Source: a virus. Taken from it: a stretch of 64,000 nt of DNA. The number at the start of each line of letters is the position of its first letter. Positions within the stretch are counted from its first letter, which is position 1. The notes beneath the pieces were generated by a model. That model was given only the letters and a program-made list of their open reading frames with translations, did no database searches and had not been told where the DNA came from. A program made the translations under genes and the position numbers. Below are positions 28,150 to 37,003 of the stretch, piece after piece. The stretch is taken from the IMG/VR virus record IMGVR_UViG_3300037110_000161, positions 9,271-73,270 of that record. One strand, written 5' to 3'.

Positions 28150-29943
28150 CTATTGCTGCCTATCGGCACGGAGGATCGCCCGCGCCACCGCAGCCGCAAG
28201 GAGCGGCGGCACCGCGTCCGCCACCTGCTGCTGCTGGAAACCGATCGATCCCAAGAACTCGTACGAGTCCGGGAATGACTGCAATCTCGCCGCTTCCCGG
28301 ACTGACAGACCGCGGCTCTGCGTCGGGTGAATCAGCATGTTCTTCCGGAAGTTCCCGATCACCTTCGATGGCTCATTTCGCTTCAGGCGGAAGTAAATGC
28401 CCGTGTGGCAACGGGTGTAGTCCTTGTAGTTCCTCAGCAGCTTGTGCGGTATCGCCTCCCAGTTCTGTCCTGGCTTGATGCATTTGTACCGTTGGAGAAC
28501 GTAGTCCGCGTTGCACGTCACGAGGTTCCCCTGCACGACGCCGTTCGTTTTCGATCGCATCATCACCTGGTACGCGGACAGCGTAGCGTCCGCTCTATAC
28601 GGCAGGACATCGGTCTCATCTCCATTCCGCAGGAGCGGCAGATCCCCGATCGCCGCCCAGACGGACACGAGCGGTTGTTTCTCCGGCCCGTGCGTCGCTT
28701 CGAGAAACGGGATGGAGATTCCCAGGCGATTCCCGATGACGAACACTCGTCGGCGCACCTGCGGGACGCCGAACTCTGCCGAATTCAATTCGCGACACTC
28801 CGCCTTGTAGCCGAAATCCTTGGCACCCCCGATGATCGCTTGCAGTACTTCGCCGCCGCCGAGCGTGCGAAGGCCGGCCACATTCTCCAAGACGAACCAA
28901 GCCGGTCGCATTACGTCCACGACATCCAAGAACTGTTGGTACAGATGATTGCGGGGATTATCGAGCGTCCGCGTCCGCCGGTTCGATTCAGAAAAGCCTT
29001 GACAAGGCGGCCCGCCGATGATCGCCGTCAGGTCGCCCGGTCGCAGCGCGAGCTTCCGCATGATCGCCTTTGGATCGACAGTCCGAATATCTTCTTGGAC
29101 CACATCCGTGTTTCGGTGATTGTGCCGGTAGGTCGTCGCGACGCGCAGATCCTCCTCGACGGCCTGCACGATTGAGAACCCCGCTTCTTGGAACCCGACA
29201 CTCATGCCACCCGCCCCCGCGAACAGATCGACCGCAAGTGGCTTCGGCCGAACGGCGACCGGCAACGGTTTTTCCGCACGGCCGTGTGAACAGGAGCGCC
29301 GGAGACAGCACCCATCACACTGGGGCTCGATCGCATGGCAGCGCGCGCGTCCATGTGCGACCGCGGCCACGTGGAATCCATGGCGAGACTCCGCAGGCAC
29401 GGCATCCTGCAATGCCGCGTGCGCCGCGTCGTACGACAGGCGACGCGACACGAATCCCAACCGGACGCCCAAGCGAAAGGTGTGGATGTCTACCGGAAGC
29501 ACCGGCATGTCGAAGCAGTATAGGAGCACGCAGCGTGCCGCCTTCTTGCCTACGCCCGGTAGCGCCACGAGCGCACGCTCGGCCTCGTCAGGCTCCATCC
29601 CTTTTAGCCAGGAGAGCGTCAGCTTGCCGTGGCGTGCCACGATGCTTCGCAGCATGTCGCGGATCAGTTTCGCCCGGCGTTGTCCCATACCGGCACAGGC
29701 GATAGTCTTACGGATCTCGGCCAATGTCGCCGTCCGTACCGCATTCCATGTTCCGAAACTCGCCTTCAGGTTCGCGTACGCCTTACGGTATTTCTTCTCA
29801 TCAGTCTTCTCCGAGAGGAGGATGAAGACCAGCTCGTCGAGGGCATTCCGTTTGTTCCCCAGCTTCGGCAAGCCGTACTCTTGCAGCAGAAGCGCCGTCA
29901 GGCGCTTCACGCGATTCACATTCCGAGTCTTGGCCGTCTTCAT
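28150..29943 (-). CDS. endonuclease III (HhH-GPD, 4Fe-4S) / C5-cytosine DNA methyltransferase fusion
   Basis: ATG 29943 (ATGA overlap). N-half: LPGVGKKAA, PVD, C-x6-C-x2-C-x5-C. C-half: DLFAGAGG, GGPPCQGFS, ENV, QxRRR, REAARLQSFPD. Confidence 0.92.
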   Translation of the reverse strand: MKTAKTRNVNRVKRLTALLLQEYGLPKLGNKRNALDELVFILLSEKTDEKKYRKAYANLKASFGTWNAVRTATLAEIRKTIACAGMGQRRAKLIRDMLRSIVARHGKLTLSWLKGMEPDEAERALVALPGVGKKAARCVLLYCFDMPVLPVDIHTFRLGVRLGFVSRRLSYDAAHAALQDAVPAESRHGFHVAAVAHGRARCHAIEPQCDGCCLRRSCSHGRAEKPLPVAVRPKPLAVDLFAGAGGMSVGFQEAGFSIVQAVEEDLRVATTYRHNHRNTDVVQEDIRTVDPKAIMRKLALRPGDLTAIIGGPPCQGFSESNRRTRTLDNPRNHLYQQFLDVVDVMRPAWFVLENVAGLRTLGGGEVLQAIIGGAKDFGYKAECRELNSAEFGVPQVRRRVFVIGNRLGISIPFLEATHGPEKQPLVSVWAAIGDLPLLRNGDETDVLPYRADATLSAYQVMMRSKTNGVVQGNLVTCNADYVLQRYKCIKPGQNWEAIPHKLLRNYKDYTRCHTGIYFRLKRNEPSKVIGNFRKNMLIHPTQSRGLSVREAARLQSFPDSYEFLGSIGFQQQQVADAVPPLLAAAVARAILRADRQQ

Positions 29944-30923
29944 GGAGGCAGCCCGTCGATGAACAGTGTATCGGCTCCCGACGAGTAGTCCCGCACGTTG
30001 TATTCGCCGGGCACACAGTACGTGACCTGTATCTGCGGAAACTCCTCCACGAGCAGCAGCACCGCAAGCGTGGACAGCTTGGTGCTCATGGGAGCCAGTA
30101 CGACGTTGCTCTCTCGCAGGCACGGCTCCACCAGGCACCGCAACTGCGTATAACATTCGTGGATGTCGGCAGTTGCGAAACGGAACTCCTCCACGTCCTG
30201 ACGGGACAACACCAACTCCTGCTCCGCGATATTGCGAGCCAGGAACCGTTCGGTCGTCGGCGGATCGCCGATGCCCATGAGCACCTTCTTCGGCTCATGC
30301 TCATCAATGACCTTCAAGACACGATCAGGCTCGAACCCAGCGAGGACAGCCAAGACCGTCGGCTGACTCGGGTCTTGGACACCCGAGAACCCAACGACGT
30401 TCCGGACGCTACGGAATCCTCGACTCAGCCACGATCCATGGTCGGCCGGAGACACGTAGACTGCGCGCACCGTGGGCTTGGGCTCGAACGATCGGAGGAG
30501 GGCGGAGGCGATGAGAAGCGATTCCCTATTAAACGTCGTCGTGTCGATCGTCACCGTGGGTTGCTGATCCTGCGGCTGCCAGTCCGTCAGTAACGCCTTC
30601 CGTAGCGTCTCCAGTTGCTTCGGTGCGTCGAACAGCGAACCCTCCACGACATCCACCCGATCCGCGTGTCGCGCGAGAATTGTAATCAACTGGTACAAGT
30701 GCGGCCGTGTACCCACACCCTGGCAGCCTTCGAGGCACTCGCTGTTGGCGTAAATGATCGCCTGGCGAGCCCGGTATGTCGGCGGCAGGCACTCCGCGGC
30801 TTTCACGCTCCGCGGCTCGAAACTCGCGCACGCGAGGAACAGATCGTCAGGCTTGCCAACAATTGCCGGCTGAAGCACCTGATCCCGAATCGCTTGGGCA
30901 ATCGTACATCGGAAGGGACTCAT
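29940..30923 (-). CDS. putative tandem Rossmann/CARF-like protein
   Basis: ATG 30923 (ATGA overlap); internal duplication ACASFEPRS / VLAGFEPDR; IDTTTF and APMSTK motifs. Confidence 0.5.
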   Translation of the reverse strand: MSPFRCTIAQAIRDQVLQPAIVGKPDDLFLACASFEPRSVKAAECLPPTYRARQAIIYANSECLEGCQGVGTRPHLYQLITILARHADRVDVVEGSLFDAPKQLETLRKALLTDWQPQDQQPTVTIDTTTFNRESLLIASALLRSFEPKPTVRAVYVSPADHGSWLSRGFRSVRNVVGFSGVQDPSQPTVLAVLAGFEPDRVLKVIDEHEPKKVLMGIGDPPTTERFLARNIAEQELVLSRQDVEEFRFATADIHECYTQLRCLVEPCLRESNVVLAPMSTKLSTLAVLLLVEEFPQIQVTYCVPGEYNVRDYSSGADTLFIDGLPP

Positions 30924-32749
30924 TCCTTCTCCTCCCCAGGGTCGCTCGGGAATAGTGGTCTGTTCTCGTCGTCCTCCACCACGCCGAGACGCATCCGGAC
31001 GAACCGAGGAGGATCGCTGCAAGCAAGCTCCAAATGGTCGGAGCTCAATTGGATACGTCCTTCAAAGCCCGTTGGATCGAGCTTGAAGACCGGGCACAGG
31101 CGACGATTCAAGATGTACCAGGGCTGGCGTCCACCGCCTTCTTTCGTGCTGTAGGTGCGACGTTGGAAGTACCGATGTTGCACGCCGAGTCGCAGGATTT
31201 CCTCCAGGTTCGACGAGAGCGACTCGCGCACAGTGAAGGAGAACACGCGAGCCTCGCGCGCCGATGGATCATGCAGCCGTTCGTAGAAGAGACGCCCCAG
31301 GGACTCGATCAACGTGCGCAACGCGTCCAATTGGCTCCAATTCTCCGGCGGAAGATCCTTCCGGATATCCTGGAGCTTCACGTCCAGGAACTCTTCCGAG
31401 TACCGGTAGCAGACTTCATCCTGCACGCTCGGCGGTACTGCGCGCAGTTCACCCAGCTTCGCCCCTTTCTTCACGCATGCGTCCACCATGAGATAGCATG
31501 GTTCCAGGAAGTCCCGCACGATGCCCGACGAAAGATGCACCAGGTTCTGGAATCCAGCATAGCTCTTGCGCTGCTTCTTTCGTTTCAGTTCCTGAAACAG
31601 CCGCGCCGTCGCGTAGCGCGTGACGTAGTCGCCCTGCCTCCCCGGCTCTCCCGCCTTGTGCCACTCCTCTGCCGTCTCTTTCTTGATGTCGTCGAAGCGC
31701 TGCCGTTCCGTGTCATTCACCGGGAGGAACTGGTCGATGTTCTTCTCCGGGAGCGGGGACAACGTCAGGCGGCGCTCGGCGATGAGTCGTACTTTGTTGG
31801 CGTAGTCGGACTTCGATTGGGTGTACAACTCCTCCACGTTGACTTCCGAGTAGTCATGCGGTTGCTCAATCAGGCCGCCCCGTAGCGTCAGGAGCGTGTC
31901 GTACTTCTCCCGTTGTGCCGAGACTTTCACGCAAAGCCATTGGTTATCTCGGTTCGCGACCCAACTGTTGACGATCCTCTGTTGCACTCGGTTTAGGCGG
32001 TCCGCATCATCGAGGAGCACATACACGGACGCACCACGGATCACCGGAAGGTCGCCTACCAACTGCATGAACGGCAACAGGAAATCATGGTAGCCGCTGG
32101 TCGCCCCCTCGTACTGCGTCTCGCCGCGGCCGAGGCACCGCCAGCGCAAGAATCCTCCGATCTTCAGATTCTCCAGGCTGAACAATCGGTGCAGCCAGCC
32201 CAGCGGATCAACGGCAATGTCGTTCGATTCCGTCGCTCCTCGCCCCGATGCGGCAATCGATGCCGGCTCGAAGAGCATGATCACCTTCTTCGCGAACGCC
32301 GTCAGCTCACATACGCCGATCACGCCGGCCGCGAACTGATCGCGCAAACACACAATCAGCCGATCCGCAATGGTGATGTTCAGGAGGTGCTCGCTCAAGA
32401 TCGCCGTCGCCGACTCATCGAGCGTCTCGAATTCCGTCTTGTTCAACTGCCCTTCCTTGCAGGGGCAGTACACGCCGAGGAATGGTTCGGACGTGCTGAA
32501 GACCTTCTCGATCCCGCCATGCACGATGCCCTGGCACTGTGGCTCCAAGTACCGCAGCATCATGCTCTTGCCGGAGCCTCTCGACCCCCAAATGAACGTG
32601 TGCCGACGCTGGCGGACCGTTTCGATCTGCGTGTACTGCTCGATGAAAAGGCCGACGAGTTGCTCCGGGGGCAACTTCTCCGGGCTCTCGACCACGAAAG
32701 GGTTACCGGGTAACAGGCCGGGAGTCGCAAGTGTATTCATATCGGTCAT
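30920..32749 (-). CDS. ORC/CDC6-like (STAND-type) P-loop ATPase
   Basis: ATG 32749 (ATGA overlap); NPF, Walker A GSRGSGKS, Walker B VLLDDAD, SSGIVRDFL sensor, wHTH-like C-terminus. Confidence 0.8.
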   Translation of the reverse strand: MTDMNTLATPGLLPGNPFVVESPEKLPPEQLVGLFIEQYTQIETVRQRRHTFIWGSRGSGKSMMLRYLEPQCQGIVHGGIEKVFSTSEPFLGVYCPCKEGQLNKTEFETLDESATAILSEHLLNITIADRLIVCLRDQFAAGVIGVCELTAFAKKVIMLFEPASIAASGRGATESNDIAVDPLGWLHRLFSLENLKIGGFLRWRCLGRGETQYEGATSGYHDFLLPFMQLVGDLPVIRGASVYVLLDDADRLNRVQQRIVNSWVANRDNQWLCVKVSAQREKYDTLLTLRGGLIEQPHDYSEVNVEELYTQSKSDYANKVRLIAERRLTLSPLPEKNIDQFLPVNDTERQRFDDIKKETAEEWHKAGEPGRQGDYVTRYATARLFQELKRKKQRKSYAGFQNLVHLSSGIVRDFLEPCYLMVDACVKKGAKLGELRAVPPSVQDEVCYRYSEEFLDVKLQDIRKDLPPENWSQLDALRTLIESLGRLFYERLHDPSAREARVFSFTVRESLSSNLEEILRLGVQHRYFQRRTYSTKEGGGRQPWYILNRRLCPVFKLDPTGFEGRIQLSSDHLELACSDPPRFVRMRLGVVEDDENRPLFPSDPGEEKE

Positions 32750-33774
32750 GGCTTCAGCGCCTCGGCAAGGGTCTCCGGACGCCACTGCGGGTGGCGCTCG
32801 AAGAACGGTTGGAACAGTCCGACGCCCGGATATGACGTGTGGTCCAGGCCGCAATCGCCGATGGGCAGCGTCAGGGTGTCATAGCCGCCGTGGCGTTCGG
32901 CTCCTCGGACGAGCGTCAGCCGGGCCTCGATCTCCCGGATAGATGCGTATCTCGCCAGGCTCGTGCCACAGTAAATCCGTTCGTTATTCATTTTCTCCAG
33001 TCGGCACAGGACGTACTCCAGCACGGAGATTTTTCCCTCACCATCGCAGCGCCCGTGGAAGTCTCTGCAGGGGCACCGACGCAGAATCGCATCCGTGTCG
33101 AGTTCGATCGTCACGACGATTCTCTCACGCTCCGGTTCCGGCCGGGCGCTCACGACCGCCCTGGCGTACTGCCAGTAGATCTGTTGGCCTTCCGGTACGT
33201 CGGGAAGCAGTGCAAGACTAATGCGTGAACGGTTCTCGGACACCTCATCGGCGAACTTCAAGACGGCGGCGAGTGTTCGGGGATACACCTGGTACGTGAC
33301 GGAGCCCATCGCGCAATCTTCGTCGGGTTTCGGGACGCTCAACCCCCTGTCGCCCGCATGCGCACGGACGATCTCGTTGACGAGGCGCTGTGTCGTAGGG
33401 CATGGGAAGCCAAGCGTGCGGATGCTCTCCATCAACTTGAGCACCCGATCGGCATGATTCGAACGACCATAGACCATGCCCACGTCGTGCCAGATGATGG
33501 CGGCGAGCATGAGGAACAAATCCATCGTCGTGAGATCCGATTTGCTCTTCAACCGCGGTGCGAGCAGGTAGCCGGCAGTCTGGATGACCGACTGGATGTG
33601 CGGCTTGCCATGATCCGTGTAGTACGGGCATGCGGTTTGCACCCACTCGTAGTACTCGGTTTCCAAGTACTGTCGCATCGTCTCGTACCGATGCCACAGA
33701 TTCTCAGCGTTCGCGTCTTTCGCAGCGCGTCGCTCAAGTTCCCGCTCAAGGCTCGGCGTGTCTTTCATGCTCAC
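32746..33774 (-). CDS. HD-superfamily phosphohydrolase (HD-CE-like)
   Basis: YTDHGKPH, WHDVGM, H, RAH and FADE motifs. Confidence 0.85.
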   Translation of the reverse strand: MSMKDTPSLERELERRAAKDANAENLWHRYETMRQYLETEYYEWVQTACPYYTDHGKPHIQSVIQTAGYLLAPRLKSKSDLTTMDLFLMLAAIIWHDVGMVYGRSNHADRVLKLMESIRTLGFPCPTTQRLVNEIVRAHAGDRGLSVPKPDEDCAMGSVTYQVYPRTLAAVLKFADEVSENRSRISLALLPDVPEGQQIYWQYARAVVSARPEPERERIVVTIELDTDAILRRCPCRDFHGRCDGEGKISVLEYVLCRLEKMNNERIYCGTSLARYASIREIEARLTLVRGAERHGGYDTLTLPIGDCGLDHTSYPGVGLFQPFFERHPQWRPETLAEALKP

Positions 33775-33869
33775 TCGCCCACGTTTGCAACGTTGAGAGC
33801 ATCACCGGCGCTCGGAAATAACCCGACAGAGGCAAACGGATACACTGTTTAGACGGGGTGAAACCCCGA

Positions 33870-33897
33870 ATTATAACCGATTTGGGCAAAATGTGAA
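33870..33897 (-). promoter_or_regulatory. sigma70-type promoter of the six-gene island
   Basis: TTCACA-N16-TATAAT about 100 bp upstream of the HD gene. Confidence 0.65.
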
Positions 33898-34193
33898 CAC
33901 CTGGCGACTGGCGACGAGTCAAAACCGAGCAGCGGCTTCCACCCCCCCATATTACCACTGTTGCCAATCAGCGGCACCGCCGGCCACGCAAGTCGGGCAG
34001 GCTATCGTCGACGACCATTCCACAGTTGGACGGCCGAATGGCCAGCGAAACGAACCGCAGCGCACGTCGGTAGCGACACCGCCTCGGCCCGAAGGTCGGA
34101 AGCGCCCAAGAAAAGGGGCAGATGAGCGTGGTTTCGCACCGCGTAAGAGGGCATGGGGTCTTCGTCAGACCCTGTAAGTGCGGGCGGTGTTGA

Positions 34194-34910
34194 TTATTGC
34201 CTCAAAAGGTGGTTCGGTATTGGGCAGGGAATTGGGTCGGTCGAAGTTACATTGACCTTCTCGCCTGGGATAATGACCTCGAACTCTTTCGAGAAGTTGA
34301 AATATGCAATGACATCGGTGACCGCGCATTCCCCAGTCAGGTAGACTTTGTGGGCTTTGTAGTATTCATACGCAAAGTCGATCGCGACCGGCAGCTCAAA
34401 GGTCCAGCTCAAGCCGCGCTTGTTAAGGTTCTCTTGGCAGCCGCGATAAACCCTCAGAGGGTCGCTACGAGTCAATAGAAAAGATCGCTCTGCCGGGGTC
34501 ATCAACTTCACCAACCCTAGGCGGGGACTTGCAAACAGCCGCCGGTATCTCTGGGAGTGCTCGTGCTTGAATTCGGTGTTCTTCTTAGGAGCATGAACCC
34601 AGATGTGACCTAGGATAGTCCAATACTCGTCATCGCTTAGGGCATTACAGGTAGCCTCGAAGTTCGCGGCCGTGTTCGTGTCAACAGATTCGTACTGCGA
34701 GTGGTGTCGCAGAGCGACTGGGACTAGTCGATCGGCAGCTTCATCGGCCGGATCTGGCTCATAAAGAGCTGCATGGCCGGCAGCCTCGAAGAAGTCGCCA
34801 CGCGCCATCGCTGGCTCGTAGGGCGGAATCTTCCCGTTCCCTCGCTTCAACGAGAGAGAATACGCGAGATTACGAGCCTCTTCATGCTGAAAGGCGGTCA
34901 ACGGCGGCAT
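34194..34910 (-). CDS. protein with ADP-ribosyltransferase-like (R-S-E) C-terminal domain
   Basis: VYRG...LSWT...VAIDFA...EFEVII. Confidence 0.55.
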   Translation of the reverse strand: MPPLTAFQHEEARNLAYSLSLKRGNGKIPPYEPAMARGDFFEAAGHAALYEPDPADEAADRLVPVALRHHSQYESVDTNTAANFEATCNALSDDEYWTILGHIWVHAPKKNTEFKHEHSQRYRRLFASPRLGLVKLMTPAERSFLLTRSDPLRVYRGCQENLNKRGLSWTFELPVAIDFAYEYYKAHKVYLTGECAVTDVIAYFNFSKEFEVIIPGEKVNVTSTDPIPCPIPNHLLRQ

Positions 34911-35494
34911 ATCAATCTTCTCAACTACCCGTGTGATCAGTGAATCGCAGCAGGACCAACCGCCACTGACGGCGGCACACTCCCGGAAATAGCCACGGGG
35001 TAACACGACCCAGAACGGAAGAGAGAATCATCTCCGCCCCGAGGCCGGGGGTTCATGCAGGCGTAGTAAACTGCGGGCGCGTGCCGGCCTAGGAGAGCCT
35101 CCAGTCGCCACCAAAAATCCTCCATCCGCGCCCCTCCTCGCTAAACTCTCTGACGGTATTTGAGCGTAACCGCCACCCCCCCTTCGTCAAGGAAACGGGC
35201 GGATGCAATGCCGCGTCGTGCCACGGATGGGGAGAAAGTCATCGCGCGCCAGTTGCGACACACCGACGCGCACTGGGAAACGCGTTGCCGTCGAGCGGAG
35301 ATTGACCGTCCCAACTACCCGTGACGCGTGAAACAGACCATCGACCAATAAATGAGACGCTCGGCGTTGCGGTGTCGTCGCCTGGTAGGGTCTTTCTTTT
35401 GACCGGCAATCGTAACGATGGCCCTGGGGGCAGCATTCCCCAAAGCCATGGCGCTCCGAAATTCCCGCCCGACAACACGCTGGCCGGCTGACAG

Positions 35495-35782
35495 CTAGCG
35501 CTTCTTCTTCGATTCGCCCTTGGTCGCCTCGGCCTTCATGTCGGCGACGATGCGGCGGGTCTCGTTGATGATGGCAGTCATGCCCTCGTTCCACGCTTGG
35601 GCGTCAAGCAAGCGAAGCGGGCTTGCCAAAGAGGTGCCGGGAAAGGTGATCCGCACTTCAGAGCCCTTCCCCGACTTGTAGGCGGCAATCTCTGACTTGA
35701 TTATCAGTGAGGCATTTGCACCCGTGTAGGGGCGGACCGTCAATCGCACGCCCCAGTCCAGAATCTCGCGTTCGACAGCCAT
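35495..35782 (-). CDS. hypothetical protein
   Basis: 95 aa, GAGG RBS, in operon. Confidence 0.55.
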   Translation of the reverse strand: MAVEREILDWGVRLTVRPYTGANASLIIKSEIAAYKSGKGSEVRITFPGTSLASPLRLLDAQAWNEGMTAIINETRRIVADMKAEATKGESKKKR

Positions 35783-35783
35783 G

Positions 35784-36065
35784 TCAGTATTCCTCGGGAA
35801 GCAGGATGCACGTTGAAGACCGGTCAGCCTCGGTTATGATCCAGATTTTCACGCCCGTGTCAAGATGGTAGGCGCTGAGAATCCGGGCACATTGGGCAAT
35901 GGCGTCGTCATTGGCCCGCCGGTCTTCCACGCCCAGGTCGCCCCAGTCGCCGGACACTTGGCGAGCCAGGAATTCCGTCGGCCGCTGCCCGGCTTCCTCG
36001 AACTGCGCCAACGCCCCAGGGGTCACCACCAACTGGCCTAACGCGAACATCGGTCGGTCGCTCAT
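35784..36065 (-). CDS. conserved plasmid/phage-associated small protein
   Basis: LGQLVVTPGA, GDWGDL, IWIITEADRS.T.ILLPEEY family motif. Confidence 0.75.
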   Translation of the reverse strand: MSDRPMFALGQLVVTPGALAQFEEAGQRPTEFLARQVSGDWGDLGVEDRRANDDAIAQCARILSAYHLDTGVKIWIITEADRSSTCILLPEEY

Positions 36066-36087
36066 AGTTAGAGTCCAGCGTTCAAGT

Positions 36088-36606
36088 TCATCGCCGACCT
36101 CGCTTCAAGTAGGCCGGATCGAACAGGCGTTTCAGCAGCGTGCAAGCATAGATCGAGGCATCACGATCCGGCCGGTAGACCACCCAATCCGGCGCGCCGG
36201 CCGCTGGGCACCACAGGTAGCGTGGCGGATCGGCGGCAGTCCAGGCCATTCCGCGGGCTTCGGCCGCTGACCGCAAGTGGCGCGTCGTGAAGTCCACGAT
36301 TTCTTGGCTGTTCAGAATTCCGACCCAGACGTGGATCTCCGGCAGGTTGCCCAAGGCGACCGATAAGGCGCTTTCTGACGAAGTCGGCGTCCACATGTAG
36401 GCAAAATGAGTGTCGATTTGGCCATCGTCTTCCACACGACGGACGCGCGGCCATTGAAGCGAGCCAGCTTGAATCACCGCCGGCAGCCCGTGCTGACACA
36501 AGACCGCAGCCGTGTGGTGGGCGTAATAGAGGCACTGACCCGGCTGGTCTTCCAGCCGGCCGATCTGCCGCTCGATTTCGGCGATGATTTTGCCTCGTTT
36601 TCCCAT
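36088..36606 (-). CDS. hypothetical protein, possible papain/transglutaminase-like triad
   Basis: GQCLY (C), IHVWV (H), IVDFT (D). Confidence 0.5.
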   Translation of the reverse strand: MGKRGKIIAEIERQIGRLEDQPGQCLYYAHHTAAVLCQHGLPAVIQAGSLQWPRVRRVEDDGQIDTHFAYMWTPTSSESALSVALGNLPEIHVWVGILNSQEIVDFTTRHLRSAAEARGMAWTAADPPRYLWCPAAGAPDWVVYRPDRDASIYACTLLKRLFDPAYLKRGRR

Positions 36607-36923
36607 CAGTACACGGCCTCCAAGACGGGATGCAGGGGTCGGATGTCGCCGGCCTTGAGCCTGACGTAATTGAAGATCAAGGGCCGGTGCTGACCAGTCG
36701 GCAGCCGCTCGACGTAGGGATCATGGCCCCGCGCCATCCCTTGCCGGCGTTCACGTTCCAGCGTCGGCGTGAGCAGCTTCGGGTCGAAGCCGAACGATTC
36801 GACTTCTTCCGGCTCGGTTCCCTGGGCCTGAACTGCGGCCCAAAGGTCGAGAATGCGGTAGAGCCGGGCCTGCTCTTCGCGCCGGGCCTTGATCCTTGCA
36901 AGTGTGTCTTCAGCAGGAGTCAT
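36606..36923 (-). CDS. hypothetical protein
   Basis: 105 aa, TGATG-coupled to the next gene. Confidence 0.55.
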   Translation of the reverse strand: MTPAEDTLARIKARREEQARLYRILDLWAAVQAQGTEPEEVESFGFDPKLLTPTLERERRQGMARGHDPYVERLPTGQHRPLIFNYVRLKAGDIRPLHPVLEAVY

Positions 36924-37003
36924 GGTTCAATGATGCCGTAGATAAAATGAAGGGCAAACGTGTCGGGCGGGGCTTACACCCGACCGAATCTGCGTGCCTC
37001 TCG

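Noticed and set aside
28150-29943. Ordinary type II restriction-modification system
   Set aside because: No adjacent restriction endonuclease or vsr gene was recognised.
29943-30156. N-terminal extension of the MTase ORF in the supplied track (similarly 30923-31022 and 32749-32854)
   Set aside because: Overlaps the upstream gene; ATGA-coupled starts give cleaner boundaries.
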